From positions 768,001-832,000 of the forward strand of contig OZ244561.1 of assembly GCA_965217585.1 (NCBI GenBank): DNA of 64,000 bases. The letters are read 5' to 3'. Below the pieces are notes generated by a model that worked only from the letters and a program-made list of their open reading frames with translations, ran no database searches and was not told the origin of the DNA. The stretch comes from Candidatus Latescibacterota bacterium. Lineage in GTDB: Bacteria; Latescibacterota; UBA2968; UBA8231. Each line of letters starts with the position of its first letter. The stretch's first letter is position 1. This document shows positions 56,165 through 64,000 of the stretch, in pieces. Both the position numbers and the translations under genes were made by a program.

Positions 56165-58159
56165 TTGAAAAAAGAAATCCCCGCCAGTCTGCGGGCCCGT
56201 CTCGCCGAACGCTCCGCGCCCCGGGCCCGGGAACGCCCCGACGCCCACATCACTTTCCGCGGCCTGTTTCTCGGCGCCCTGCTGTGCGTTGCCATCGCCT
56301 TGGGCGTGCCCCATACCACCATGCTGGTCAAGGGCACGCCCATGGGCTTTTCCTCGTCGACTCCGGCGGCGTACTGCCTGCTTTTTTTTCTTCTGATTAC
56401 CGTCCACGTGGTACTGGCCCTGCCCAAGCGGCAATGGGGTCTGCAATGGGGCGAACTGGTCACCATCGCCATTATGATGATGGTCGCCGCGGCCATCCCC
56501 ACCCGGGGCGTGACCGGCATGCTCCTGCCCATGATCACCGGGACCTACTACTACGCCTCGGCCGAGAACAAATGGGCCGAAGTCGTCCATCCCCATCTCA
56601 CCGAATGGATGCTGATGGGCGACCCCGAGGCCGTGCGCGGTTTCTACGAAGGCAGTATCGGCACCACGGCCATCCCCTGGGCCAGCTGGTTGCCCCCCCT
56701 GGGCTACTGGCTGCTGTTCTACGCCGCCCTGTACCTCACCCTCATCTCCATTGCCGTGATCCTGCGCCGCCAGTGGGTCGAACACGAGCGTTTAGCCTAT
56801 CCCCTGGCCCAGGTGGCCCTAGCCATGATCGAGGACGAGGGCCGGCCCTCCCTGCTCAAGCCCTTTTTTAAAAACAGGCTCATGTGGATCGGCTTTGCCA
56901 TCCCCTTCCTGGTCGGCAGCCTCAATGCCCTGCACCACTATTTCCCCTCCGTGGCCCAGATCGGGCTGAAAACCAGCGTGTCCTTCCTCGGCACCAATCT
57001 GCCGGTCAACCTCAATTTCCTCATGCTGGGCTTCTCCTTCCTCATCAATTCCACCCTCTCGCTCAGCCTGTGGTTCTTCCTCCTAATCTACACGCTGCAA
57101 CAACACGTCCTCGGCCTGTTGGGCATCGATACCCTGCAGGCCACCCTCGGCCCCTGGAGCAGTCCAGTGACCGGCCACCAGATGATGGGGGCCCTGATCG
57201 TAATGGTGGGGGCGGGCCTGTGGGTGGGGCGGCACCACCTAGCCGAGGTGTGGCACCAAGCCCTGTCGAGGAAGGCCCCGGTCGACGACGCCGATGAGAT
57301 CATGTCCTACCGCAGCGCCCTGTTGGGGCTTCTCGTCGGCACCGCGGGCATGACCCTCTGGCTGTGGCAAAGCGGCATTCCCGCCTGGGTCGCGCCGCTG
57401 TTCGTCTTTTCGGCCCTGGTCATCTTCATCGGCCTGACGCGCGCCATTGTCGAGGCCGGCATCCCCACATTGAGCCCGGCCATGGTGCCCCTCGGTTTCG
57501 TGGTTTCCGCGGTGGGCGTCCCGGCCCTCGGGGCCAAGGGCATGGTGGCCGCGGCCTACTCCCTCATCTGGGTCGGCGAATTGCTGGTCTTCATGATGGC
57601 GCCCCTGTCCAACGGCCTGCGCCTGACCAGCGAGACCGCGGGCAACCGGCGCCGGCTCCTGTGGGGCATTGCCGGCGCCATGTTCATCACCTTGGCCGTC
57701 TCCATCTACTACACCCTCCACTTGGCCTATGACTATGGCGGGGTCAATCTCCACAGCCAGTTCTTCGGCCAGAGCTTCCCGAGCTATCCCTCCAGATTCG
57801 CCCTGCGCAAATTGAGCGAGCCCTCCGCAGTCAGCGTCGATGGCTGGCTCTGGACCTTGAGCGGCGGCTTGGTCATGGCCCTCCTCATGATCGCCCGCCA
57901 GCGCCTGATGTGGTGGCCCTTCCACCCGCTGGGCTTTGCCGTCAGCGCCGGGTGGACCATGCGCTACATCTGGTTCTCCGTCTTTTTGGCCTGGCTGATC
58001 AAACTCGCCATCCTGCGCTACGGCGGCGTCGGTCTATACCACAAAATCCGCCCCTTTTTTCTCGGCCTGATCGTCGGTCAATTCGCCACCGGAGGTCTGT
58101 GGCTAGTAGTCGACGCGTTTACCGGCACAGTGGGCAATGTCATTCCGGTGATGTACTGA
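56165..58159 (+). CDS. Polytopic membrane protein, DUF6785/DUF6784-like (OPT-like putative transporter)
   Basis: Many TM segments; LRRQWVEHERLAYPL, WWPFHPLGF, ILRYGG and RPFFLGLIVG. Confidence 0.75.
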   Translation: MKKEIPASLRARLAERSAPRARERPDAHITFRGLFLGALLCVAIALGVPHTTMLVKGTPMGFSSSTPAAYCLLFFLLITVHVVLALPKRQWGLQWGELVTIAIMMMVAAAIPTRGVTGMLLPMITGTYYYASAENKWAEVVHPHLTEWMLMGDPEAVRGFYEGSIGTTAIPWASWLPPLGYWLLFYAALYLTLISIAVILRRQWVEHERLAYPLAQVALAMIEDEGRPSLLKPFFKNRLMWIGFAIPFLVGSLNALHHYFPSVAQIGLKTSVSFLGTNLPVNLNFLMLGFSFLINSTLSLSLWFFLLIYTLQQHVLGLLGIDTLQATLGPWSSPVTGHQMMGALIVMVGAGLWVGRHHLAEVWHQALSRKAPVDDADEIMSYRSALLGLLVGTAGMTLWLWQSGIPAWVAPLFVFSALVIFIGLTRAIVEAGIPTLSPAMVPLGFVVSAVGVPALGAKGMVAAAYSLIWVGELLVFMMAPLSNGLRLTSETAGNRRRLLWGIAGAMFITLAVSIYYTLHLAYDYGGVNLHSQFFGQSFPSYPSRFALRKLSEPSAVSVDGWLWTLSGGLVMALLMIARQRLMWWPFHPLGFAVSAGWTMRYIWFSVFLAWLIKLAILRYGGVGLYHKIRPFFLGLIVGQFATGGLWLVVDAFTGTVGNVIPVMY

Positions 58160-58162
58160 CGC

Positions 58163-59173
58163 TTAAGGCCCTCCTTCAATCCACGTCGGCTCAAAGCGAG
58201 CCAAGCGCAAACAGCCAGAGCGCTCGGCCTCGTACAGACACAAAACCTGCCCGTCGGGAGCCACCGCCAAATCGGAGTACGCAGCCGCACCCGGCTCAAG
58301 TACTCGCGCTATGGGCCAACTGTGACCTTGGTCCCCGCTCAGTCGCAAGGTCAACTCGGCGCGCTCGTCGGGCTTACTGGGATGCGCCATTAAGATGCGT
58401 CCATCGTCGAGGCGCACAATGCTACCCTGGCAAGAGGGTTCGGGCAGGGCCGGCTCGTAGGCGACCGCAGACCAAGTTGCGCCGCCATCGCGACTGCGCG
58501 ACCAGCCCCGGCAGCGGCGTTCGTTGCGACTGCGCAGCGTCATGTACAGAGAGCCGTCGGCCATTTCCACGGCCTCGCATTCGTCCGAGGCGTCGTGCGT
58601 CAACTTAGCTCCAGCCTGCCAAGTGTGGCCGCCATCGTCGCTGTAAAAAGCGATGGAAGACTGCACTTGGCCCCAAGTCGGCGGTGGCTGACGCCAAGTG
58701 GCCGGGCCGGGACTTTCATCGACCCACGAGGGCACGAACAAGCGACCGCTTTGCAGTTGAATGCCGTGGCCGGGTCCAGTGCCGAGGTAGGTCCACAAAG
58801 GAGCCTTCACTTGGGATGTGATTTCCACGGGGTCGGTCCAGGTGCGCCCACCGTCGGTGCTGCGGCTGACAAAGATTTCTTGGTTGTCCTTGCAAAAGGG
58901 CAGCAACACGGTGCTGCGGTCGTGGTCAACTACGGGACAGGGGTTGCCGCAGGTGCGCTCGCCATCGGCGACAATCCGTTGGCGAGGTGCCCAAGTGCGC
59001 CCGCCGTCGGTGCTGCGGCGCAGGAGAATGTCGATTTGATCGTCGTCGCGGCCGGTGTGGCGACGCGCTTCGCAAAAGGCCAGCACCGCGCCGTCTGGCG
59101 CTACGGCCAAGGCGGGGATGCGATAGGTGTGGTAGCCTTCTTGGCCGGAGATGAATAGGTCTTGTATTTGCAC
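58163..59173 (-). CDS. Sialidase (GH33)
   Basis: YRIP motif; Asp boxes STDGGRTW (x2), SDDGGHTW, SRDGGATW; GPGHGIQL; AAYSDL. Confidence 0.92.
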   Translation of the reverse strand: MQIQDLFISGQEGYHTYRIPALAVAPDGAVLAFCEARRHTGRDDDQIDILLRRSTDGGRTWAPRQRIVADGERTCGNPCPVVDHDRSTVLLPFCKDNQEIFVSRSTDGGRTWTDPVEITSQVKAPLWTYLGTGPGHGIQLQSGRLFVPSWVDESPGPATWRQPPPTWGQVQSSIAFYSDDGGHTWQAGAKLTHDASDECEAVEMADGSLYMTLRSRNERRCRGWSRSRDGGATWSAVAYEPALPEPSCQGSIVRLDDGRILMAHPSKPDERAELTLRLSGDQGHSWPIARVLEPGAAAYSDLAVAPDGQVLCLYEAERSGCLRLARFEPTWIEGGP

Positions 59174-59197
59174 GTTTCGCTCCTGTGGGAAAGGGCT

Positions 59198-60154
59198 TCA
59201 GCCACGCACGAGTCCGTGGGCACCGTAGCCAATTAGGTAGCGCACGGTAGGCGACAGTGCGCGCGCTTTGTGTGGCGCAATGCTGTTGTGGAAGTCGTTG
59301 AAGGGCTTGACCCACGAGCGGCTGTAGTAGCACAGCACAGCGCGGCGGGGGGCTTGGGTCCGATTGGGACCGGAGCGATGCCAAGTATTGGACAACCACA
59401 GCGCCACCGAGCCGGCCGGCCCGGTGAGGGCGATCTCGTCTGCCAATGGACCGCCCCCCCAAGGCGGTTTACGCCGCCAGCGGTGACTGCCCGGCACCAC
59501 GCGGGTAGCCCCGTTGTCGGGAGTGAAATCGTCGAGCATCCATACGTTCTGGGTCGTCAGAGGAAAGTCGGGCAAAGGCTCGGGGAGCTGGCCCAGCGGC
59601 ACATCGACGTGCCAGGCTCCGCCGTCGTCGGTGCCGGGGCCAATGCTGGTGGTGCTGCAATCGGATAGCACGCAGTCGGCTCCCAAGACAGCCCGCGTCA
59701 GACTCAATACCACGGGGTGTTCAACCAAGGCCGGGGCAGCCTCGCACTTGTCCAGCAAATTCCACAGCCGCTGCGAGCGCTCATCGTCGAACAAGGTCGG
59801 CAAGTGCAGGAAGAGCTTTTGCACTTGGCCCAGCTCAACCGGCCAAGGGGTGTCGAGTTGGGTGGCCCGCGTATGGCGAATGCGCCGCATGAGGCGGGCC
59901 CGTTCCGCAGGGCTGACCGCGTAGTTGGCCGCCAGAAAGGCTTCAATGGCTTCGTCGTCCGGCATTGGGGCTCCGTCGCCAGGATCGAAAGGCGCGGCGC
60001 GTTCGATGGCCAACGCAGCGTCAACTTGGTGCCGCAGCGTTGCGAGGCACTCTTCATCCAGCACTCCAGGCAGGATCGCATAGCCGTGCTCCTGCAAGTG
60101 GTCGAGGGCGGCGCGGTGCTCCGATTCGTCGAGGGCTAGTGGGTCCACAATCAA
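59198..60154 (-). CDS. PhyH-family Fe(II)/2OG dioxygenase
   Basis: WHVD, WMLDDFTPDNGATRVVPGSH and TWHRSGPN. Confidence 0.88.
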   Translation of the reverse strand: MIVDPLALDESEHRAALDHLQEHGYAILPGVLDEECLATLRHQVDAALAIERAAPFDPGDGAPMPDDEAIEAFLAANYAVSPAERARLMRRIRHTRATQLDTPWPVELGQVQKLFLHLPTLFDDERSQRLWNLLDKCEAAPALVEHPVVLSLTRAVLGADCVLSDCSTTSIGPGTDDGGAWHVDVPLGQLPEPLPDFPLTTQNVWMLDDFTPDNGATRVVPGSHRWRRKPPWGGGPLADEIALTGPAGSVALWLSNTWHRSGPNRTQAPRRAVLCYYSRSWVKPFNDFHNSIAPHKARALSPTVRYLIGYGAHGLVRG

Positions 60155-60228
60155 TTCTCCACAGTTGCGTGAGGGTGTGCCTTAGCGCATCCAGCCCACC
60201 TGTGCAAAGACGGGATTTTGCGTGCTGT

Positions 60229-61059
60229 CTAGGTGAGTTTCTCCAACACGTGTTCCTGGTAGTACGATTTGGAAAAACCGGCCTCGGCGTAGGCCTGGGT
60301 GGCCGCGGACCACTGGCTGTAAAAGATGCGTTGCTCGGGGTCTGGATGTTCGGCCAAGCGCTGGGGTAGAAGCACCCAATTAGTCAAAGGCTGGCTGGCG
60401 GCGCGGCTGTAGTAGTGGTGCAAAGTGCGCCGAGCACGGACGCGCTGTCCGGGCAGGCGGGTGTGAAAAATGGCGATGTCGTACAAAACCAAGGTGCCGG
60501 CCGGGCCGCGGATGGGCACTTCCGCATAGGCATCGCCCAGTTCGGCGCGGGCCTCAGCCAACGTCTCATAGGAGCCGCTGTTCGGCACGACGCAAAAGCA
60601 GGGATCACTGCCCCCCACGTCGCTCAAGTAGTGAATGGCGCAGACATAGGTGCATTCGTAGGGGCGCTTAGGCTCGGTCCGGGTGGTAGGTTCGTAGGAC
60701 CGGTCGCGATGGAAGTGCATCTCGCCGTCGCCCTTGCCAGCGGGCACGTCGCGGAAATCGAATTGGGCAAAGCGGGGTTGAGGAGCCATAACGGCTTGCA
60801 CTATATCGTAGGAGATCGCCGGCTGGACAAAGCGGTCCAACTCGGGGTGGTGAACTAGGATTTGCCCGTGCGAAAAGACGCCCAAGCGGTCAGGCCCCCA
60901 TTCGCGGGGAATTTCCCCTTTGGAGCGATCGACAAAGGCGTTGAGGGTGCGGATGTCGTCGGCTGGTAGGGCGTCGGCGACTGCGACGTACTTATACTGC
61001 TGAAAAAAAGCGAGTACGTCTTCCTTGTTGTCCGGGTCAAAAATGGGGGGCTGGGCCAT
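60229..61059 (-). CDS. PhyH-like dioxygenase
   Basis: FHRD, YLSDV, GPAGTLVLYDIAIFHT. Start MAQPP at 61059. Confidence 0.75.
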   Translation of the reverse strand: MAQPPIFDPDNKEDVLAFFQQYKYVAVADALPADDIRTLNAFVDRSKGEIPREWGPDRLGVFSHGQILVHHPELDRFVQPAISYDIVQAVMAPQPRFAQFDFRDVPAGKGDGEMHFHRDRSYEPTTRTEPKRPYECTYVCAIHYLSDVGGSDPCFCVVPNSGSYETLAEARAELGDAYAEVPIRGPAGTLVLYDIAIFHTRLPGQRVRARRTLHHYYSRAASQPLTNWVLLPQRLAEHPDPEQRIFYSQWSAATQAYAEAGFSKSYYQEHVLEKLT

Positions 61060-61183
61060 GATGAATTCCCTTTTAAAATTGCTGTTTGGAATGGTACTCT
61101 GAGCCTCCACCGCCTGCAACTGGAGTTTAAGATAAGGCGACTACCCAAGCCAAGAAGTACATTTGGGGCGGATATTTATTACA

Positions 61184-64000
61184 TCAATTTCCATCTGCCT
61201 CCACATAGGCATCTAGATCCCGCTGTGCCTTCTCGCTATTGGCATGACCTCCAGCCCGATAGCACCGCACCCTAGCTTCGAGCAGTTTGCGCTTCCACGG
61301 TATGTGCGGCTCCAGTTGTTCGAGCACCTCTATACAGCCGCGCGGTGAGTCGAGCCGAAAACTCAAATTCAACAGAGTTTCCAGACGTCCCTCTTTGGCA
61401 AAGTCCATGACAAAGGGTTGGCGCAGGGCATTGTACAGCCGGCGCGCATGACCCGCATCCCGGGTCCCCAAATCCACAGCCAGCGCTAGGGCGCTCTTCA
61501 CCAGCGCGGGCCAGGCCCATGGGTCGGTCCGGCAGCCCAAAAAGGCCGACTCCAGGGCGGCCACCCCTTTATCAGTCTGCCCCTCGTGGGTGTGCAGAAT
61601 GGCCATAATGATATCGGCTTCGATCGGTTGGAATGCCCGCAGCCGCTCGGCATACTGCAGCGTTTCCTCGCGCTGATTGTGGGCCATGATGGCCGCCACA
61701 AATAGCTGTTCGTGCAGACCCGCAGGTGGATCCGATTGCTTGGACCACCATTCGAACGCAGTGGTCGACTCACCTTGTTGCCAAGCCGCCAGAGCCTTCA
61801 TACGGTTTTTCTGGTCGGCGTTCAAGTGGGGATACCGACGCGGATGGAGGCGCTCTCCCTGACCGATCAAGAAGGCAATGCGCTGATTTTGCACCCGTTC
61901 CCAATCCACCGTACCGTTCGCAATCTGCGGTCTATGCTCTTGGCCGTCGCGGGCCAAATTCTCAAGTGTCTCCACGTCGAAGTGCTGTCTGGCACCCAAA
62001 CTCCGCGCTAGGGCATATTCGACGTGCGTGCGGTCGTCCGTGTTCAGCTTCGCCCCAGCACTCCAAAGGCGCGCGGTTTGGGGACCGGCGACGAAGTGGG
62101 CCAAAAAACCTTCCAAATCAACCGACCGCCAAGCCACTGCCAGCGCGCTGCGGTAGGGCTCCTCCGCAATCCGGGCCCGCAGCCGGGAGACGTCGTAGGA
62201 CACTGGCTCTAAAGAAGCGACCAGCAGTAGATCCCGCTTCTTGGTCTGCCAGGTTTCTACAAATGGGAAGACCGAGCCGAGACTGGCGTAGATGGTCTGG
62301 ATGGTTTCCTGGTCTATTTCGTAGGCCTGCAACCACTGGAGGAACAGACCCCCTTCATCCAGCCGCGCAGCAATGCCCTGGTAAAATTCCCGGGTGTAGA
62401 GGCTGGAGACACCGGCCCTGAAGGGATTCGAGGGTTCGGAAAAAACAAGGTCGTAACGCCGGCGACCGGTCAGCACGGCCTCCCGCGCGTCCCCAATGAG
62501 CAGGTGCACCTTGGCATTGCCGAGGACATCTTTGTTGACGGTCTCAAACACCGGCGCTGCTTCGATCACCGCTGCCTCCAGCTCCACTACATCGACTCGC
62601 TCGACGCTCGGTATGGCGCCCAACCAGCCGGCACTGCTTCCCGTTCCCAGACCGATGACCAGCGCCTTGCGGGGATGCGGATGTAAGATCGCCCCCACCA
62701 TCCCGCCCATAATTTGGGTGGGGGCATCGCCGATGGCCGAACCGTCGCTTTTGCCATTTAAAAAAAGGGCCGGTCCCGCGTCCGTCAGGCGCAGGGCCAC
62801 CGCGCTTTCCCTGCCCTCCCGCTCCCAGAAGACCGCCCGGCGCTGTTCGTGCAACCAATCGCGCATCTCGTTGGCGTTGCGACCATAGAGCACCTCCAAG
62901 CCCGCTCCGATCGGACTATGGCGCCACGCCGCCGTCGGCCCGGTCGCCCGCGCCAGCAGCAGGGCTGACAGCGCAGTCGCGAGCACCAACCCCGACCTCC
63001 AAATCGGTCCAGTCCGCGCTTGCTGACGTTCCTTGCTAATCCGCGAAACTGCCGCAATCCCCATCCCCAAAATCGCCAGTAAGAAGATCGCCAACTTCCA
63101 AGCACCGGGGGCGGATAAAAGCGGCAGCAGTGCGAACCCTCCGGCCAACGCGCCCAGCATGGTGCCCAGGGTGTTCCAGGCGTAGGCCCAGCCCACATCA
63201 CCGCCCAATCGGCGCTCCCCCGACCCCATTAGCGCAATGAGTAGTGGGAATTGATAACCAGCGACTATAGCTGTGGGCAGGACCACGAGGCCGGTGACCG
63301 CAGTCCACGAGAGCAGCAATCCGCCAAACCCCGCACTGCTCCATTGGCGCAGCTCGCCTGCCAACACGGCCACCCGGTCGCCCAAGGCGTAGGGCAGGGC
63401 AATGCACAGGGCTTCGATAACGCAGGTGAGTGCCAGATCGGAAAGCACCGGGGCTTGCCTTCTCCCCCATAGGGCGTAGACGATGCTACCCAAGCCTATG
63501 CCCAGCAACCCCATGGCCAGAATGATTCCAAAGGTATAGGTAGTGCCTCCGAGCACAGAGGCCAGCATCCGGTACCAAACCAGCTCCATGAGCAGAAAGG
63601 CAAATCCCACAGCCGCGGCCGCGGCCAAGACAAATGCCCTCTGACGCGCGGGCTGCCTCGACCCTTCCCCTTTTGCTAGGTCACCCTGCCCATGAGTTGC
63701 ATTTGCAAAAACGCCCGAATGGGAGAACCTCAGGGCCAGTACTCCGATAGCGGCGTTGACTGCGCAGGCCAGCCACAGCGTGCCGCGGGCTCCCAGATAT
63801 TCCAAAAGGGCAAAGGTGGCCAGTAGGGTCCCACTTACAGCACCTAAGGTATTGGCGCCGTAGAGCGCAGCCACCCGCTGCCGGCCCGCATCTTTATCGC
63901 GGGTGACGGCTCTGGCCGCGGCGGGCAGGGTTCCGCCCATGAGCAAGGTCGGCGCAGCCAGCACCACAGCGGTTAGACCGATGCGAACCCAGGTCGCCAA
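61184..64000 (-). CDS. Fused MFS-like membrane domain/spermidine synthase-like protein (5' end outside the window)
   Basis: LYGANTLGAVSG TM repeats; LVIGLGTGSS, DVVELE, GDARE and DLVFSEPSNP. Confidence 0.9.
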   Translation of the reverse strand: MATWVRIGLTAVVLAAPTLLMGGTLPAAARAVTRDKDAGRQRVAALYGANTLGAVSGTLLATFALLEYLGARGTLWLACAVNAAIGVLALRFSHSGVFANATHGQGDLAKGEGSRQPARQRAFVLAAAAAVGFAFLLMELVWYRMLASVLGGTTYTFGIILAMGLLGIGLGSIVYALWGRRQAPVLSDLALTCVIEALCIALPYALGDRVAVLAGELRQWSSAGFGGLLLSWTAVTGLVVLPTAIVAGYQFPLLIALMGSGERRLGGDVGWAYAWNTLGTMLGALAGGFALLPLLSAPGAWKLAIFLLAILGMGIAAVSRISKERQQARTGPIWRSGLVLATALSALLLARATGPTAAWRHSPIGAGLEVLYGRNANEMRDWLHEQRRAVFWEREGRESAVALRLTDAGPALFLNGKSDGSAIGDAPTQIMGGMVGAILHPHPRKALVIGLGTGSSAGWLGAIPSVERVDVVELEAAVIEAAPVFETVNKDVLGNAKVHLLIGDAREAVLTGRRRYDLVFSEPSNPFRAGVSSLYTREFYQGIAARLDEGGLFLQWLQAYEIDQETIQTIYASLGSVFPFVETWQTKKRDLLLVASLEPVSYDVSRLRARIAEEPYRSALAVAWRSVDLEGFLAHFVAGPQTARLWSAGAKLNTDDRTHVEYALARSLGARQHFDVETLENLARDGQEHRPQIANGTVDWERVQNQRIAFLIGQGERLHPRRYPHLNADQKNRMKALAAWQQGESTTAFEWWSKQSDPPAGLHEQLFVAAIMAHNQREETLQYAERLRAFQPIEADIIMAILHTHEGQTDKGVAALESAFLGCRTDPWAWPALVKSALALAVDLGTRDAGHARRLYNALRQPFVMDFAKEGRLETLLNLSFRLDSPRGCIEVLEQLEPHIPWKRKLLEARVRCYRAGGHANSEKAQRDLDAYVEADGN

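Overview
GC-rich bacterial window. Many secreted proteins carry FlgD-Ig/T9SS-CTD-like or 'WGxIK' C-terminal tags. Together with DUF4159 and DUF6785-like genes, PhyH dioxygenases, a sulfatase and sialidases, this suggests a Latescibacterota/Poribacteria-like FCB organism, possibly a sponge symbiont (inference). From left to right the window holds: (1) an RND efflux operon, a PmoA/DUF6807-family gene, UDP-glucuronate decarboxylase, vapBC and phyH; (2) a BlaI/BlaR1(M56) locus with twin palindromic operators, two M56 paralogues fused to ExbD-like, helical-repeat and FlgD-like domains, an orphan C-terminal cassette, a TlpA, and an ABC permease cut by IS630; (3) a ~34 kb minus-strand run; (4) a DUF6785-like membrane protein, a GH33 sialidase, two PhyH genes and a fused MFS/spermidine synthase. 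The minus-strand run starts at a sigma54 promoter with three phased palindromic sites beside a propeller-sensor enhancer-binding protein. It contains seven paralogous secreted proteins (variable beta-sandwich, FG-GAP propeller, CTD) with conserved frameworks and hypervariable loops, repeated 60-bp spacers, and one slot whose body was replaced by a TlpA gene between intact cassette ends. It ends in a coupled DUF4159/STAS/FlgD/Asp-rich OMP/TPR/lipoprotein cluster. This diversifying, probably sigma54-controlled surface-protein cassette array is the best candidate for an undescribed system. No rRNA, tRNA or CRISPR array was seen.
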